This document shows positions 61,746 to 64,000 of a stretch of DNA of 64,000 bases, one piece after another (position 1 is the stretch's first letter; each line of letters begins with the position of its first letter). This DNA comes from Lama guanicoe. Taxonomy: Eukaryota. The stretch is taken from assembly GCA_013239625.1 (NCBI GenBank), contig MU054323.1, positions 16,310,029 to 16,374,028 of the forward strand, read 5' to 3'. The translations under genes and the position numbers were made by a program. The notes beneath the pieces were generated by a model. It was not told the DNA's origin. It saw nothing but the letters and a program-made list of their open reading frames with translations, and did no database searches.

Positions 61746-62657
61746 AGTTTGGACAGGCTGCTCCCTTGGCTCAGGCTACTTAAGTAAGAATCACAACCTT
61801 CTTCCTTGGGATACAGGAGCCAGAAAGGATCATGTCACAAATGAAAAGAAGGGTTGACCTATTAGATAAAAGTGAGAGTTTTCATAATATCCATATTATT
61901 TTTGCTTTGAGCCCTGCATCAGCACCAGTTTGAGCTTCAGCTGATCTGAAATACTGGGCATGACGGTGTTTTGGAAAGTTAATCAGCTTCCATTCGTGAA
62001 CACTTGTATTTTATGAAGTTTCACACTCATATGTTGGCTTTGAGGTTTGCTTCTTTCAGACCTATATTGGAAAGGCTTGAATTCCTATCACAGCCAGGAT
62101 TTTCTTCAGCTCCAGAGATATGTTTGGTTTTGTGCCATTTTTTCCTGACTTTTATTTCTTCCATCTGATTCAGATGTTTCCTTGCCAACCCACAGTTCTT
62201 AACAAGAAGGGGAGAAAAAAATAGAAGAAGCAAAAATGGCACCTCTCTTACACAGGAAAACATTCTGGTTTGAATTCCCTGTCAGATTTTTGGGCAGGTT
62301 AGTTGGCAACTGGTGATTTGGACACATTTCAAATTTCAGAGTAAATTTCACAGAGCTTTTATTGCTTCCCTCTGGGCCCCTGTTAGAGAACAATAAGATG
62401 CTAGGCTTAGCTTAATAATCACACTTGCCATTAGTCAGCTGCTCTTCCAGTGTACATCGCAGGCGCTTTATCTTCATCATCTTATGGCTTTTTACTCCAT
62501 CTGCATGATTGGAAGGGACTCTGAATCAGCAGCAGCATTTTACAGTGCGGGGTGTGTCAAGGGTAGGGCTTTGGAAGAAAGAGCCTGATGTCACAGCATT
62601 TCCTCCCACACTACATGTCAGCCACTGCCTTTTCTGTTGTTGATGTTTTCTTAATGA

Positions 62658-62925
62658 GCCTTTTATTTTAGAATAGTGACAAAGGTAGTGCAGAAAGTGC
62701 CTGTATACCCTACACCCATTTCCCCCTATTATGGCATCTTAGATTACTGTGGTACATTTTTCACTCTGATGAATCAATAGTGACACACTATTACTGTTAG
62801 CTGAATTTCATATTAATGTAAATTTCCTTAGTTGGAACCTAATGTTCTTGTTCTGTTCCAGGATATATCATGATGGATCCCACATGACATTTGGTTGTCT
62901 TGTCTCTTTAGGTTGCTCTTCCACT
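62658..62925 (-). mobile_element. L1MC-type 3' end, followed by (TG)9 at 62933-62950
   Basis: TTTATTTTAGAATAGT...ATTTCCCCCTATT...TTCTGTTCCAGGAT...CATTTGGTTGTC. Confidence 0.75.
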
Positions 62926-63567
62926 GTCATCTTGTGTGTGTGTGTGTGTGTCTACCAGGTTGTAATATAATATGTAGGTCCCCCAAATTGAAAGCCACTG
63001 GTATAGAGCAAATTATAGTTAGTTGCCCCTTTAAGTGCCTAACAATAATTGGAAGGACAGTGTTACAGAACACATCAACTGTCAGAAGTATTTCTGATGC
63101 TAGTTTGTTCCAGTCCAAAAAAAAGAAAAAGAGAGGAGATAGTTAAATTTATAGAAACTTGAACAGCCAACAGTCAGCATCCTAGAATTGGAGAGAATTT
63201 AGGCCTAATACTATGCAGGTCTATAGGGACTCATAGAGTTTTCAAAGTAAGCACCAATGTGTTTCCACTAGTGATGTTCATTTCTTTCAGGAATGCTGTT
63301 TGTCCTTAGTGACTCATAGCTGCCACTTTTACTGATTTTGTTTGAAGTGTCGGATGTGGTGAGTTGACTGGGTCTAGAAAGAGTCTGGTGCATAGGCTTG
63401 GGCTTCACTAGCTGCTTCTCATGGGAAAGTCCGTTGATGAGATCAAAGATGAAAGACTGTCCTGGTCAGCTATTTTAGGCCATACACAGATGGAATGAAG
63501 CAAACAAGACAGAGTGTGTGCATTTGTCATAATACTGAGTCCAGATAATTTAACAGTGACTTCTTAC

Positions 63568-63698
63568 CTTGTTGGTGGAGAGTAGGAAGTGGTAAGGTCT
63601 AAGGTGATGAGAAATCCTAAAGTATTTGTTAATGCTGAGAGTGTAACCTTTAACCCAACACATACTGCACTTAAGAGTATCCTATAGGCTTTGGGGAG
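63568..63698 (-). other. Candidate 131-nt internal exon of an unidentified transcript
   Basis: About 40-nt polypyrimidine tract ending GCCAG (AG at 63700-63699) and donor AAG|GTAAGA (GT at 63567-63566). Confidence 0.3.
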
Positions 63699-64000
63699 CT
63701 GGCAGAAGAGAGGACAGGAAGAAAGAGAGACAGAGAAAGAAGTGGATTCAGTATTTCTGGCTACCTAAGAATAAAATCTCTATGGGGTAGATAAATAGGA
63801 TCTGACTGGGGTAACTCATCTTTCATGTTCCAAGCCAGAGCGAACAGAATTCATACACTTAGTGGTTGTAACTAAATAGGATTTGTATGTGTTTCAATTT
63901 TTAAAAATTAATTTCCTGAACTTAGACTCCATTGTTGGAAGGAATTTCAGAGACTTTTAATCTTTCTCCTTACCTCCAGCGCTAGGTAGCTCAGTCACAA

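Noticed and set aside
1..64000. Host-gene strand inferred from repeat orientation
   Set aside because: L1s are mostly on the minus strand while LTRs are mostly on the plus strand, giving opposite predictions; unresolved without annotation

Overview
AT-rich, CpG-depleted mammalian intronic or intergenic DNA, dense in decayed interspersed repeats. These include L1 of several ages, L2, L3/CR1, MIR, MaLR/ERVL/ERV1 LTRs and hAT-Charlie DNA transposons. The youngest L1 3' ends are of the cetartiodactyl type, and one (17634-17828) matches my recollection of camelid L1. I saw no Alu, B1, Bov-A/BovB, CHR, PRE-1, ERE1 or CAN SINE, so a camelid genome is the best inference. I found no recognisable host protein-coding exon, RNA gene or CRISPR array. 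The supplied ORFs are either chance ORFs or broken L1/ERV frames. The most unusual feature is the only CpG island (about 24480-25260). It lies inside the 5' UTR of an otherwise decayed antisense L1/HAL1-type element, directly downstream of a sense ERV1 solo LTR. It carries YY1 and paired ETS/GABP motifs, plus a Kozak ATG followed by a consensus splice donor, making it a candidate exapted L1 antisense promoter/first exon (inference only). Other notable items are a collapsed ERVL provirus containing a templated insertion, several insertions with intact target-site duplications (TSDs), small tandem duplications, and a well-signalled minus-strand candidate exon at 63568-63698. Repeat family names come from remembered consensus sequences, not a database search, and most boundaries are approximate. 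I cannot support a claim of a new biological system.
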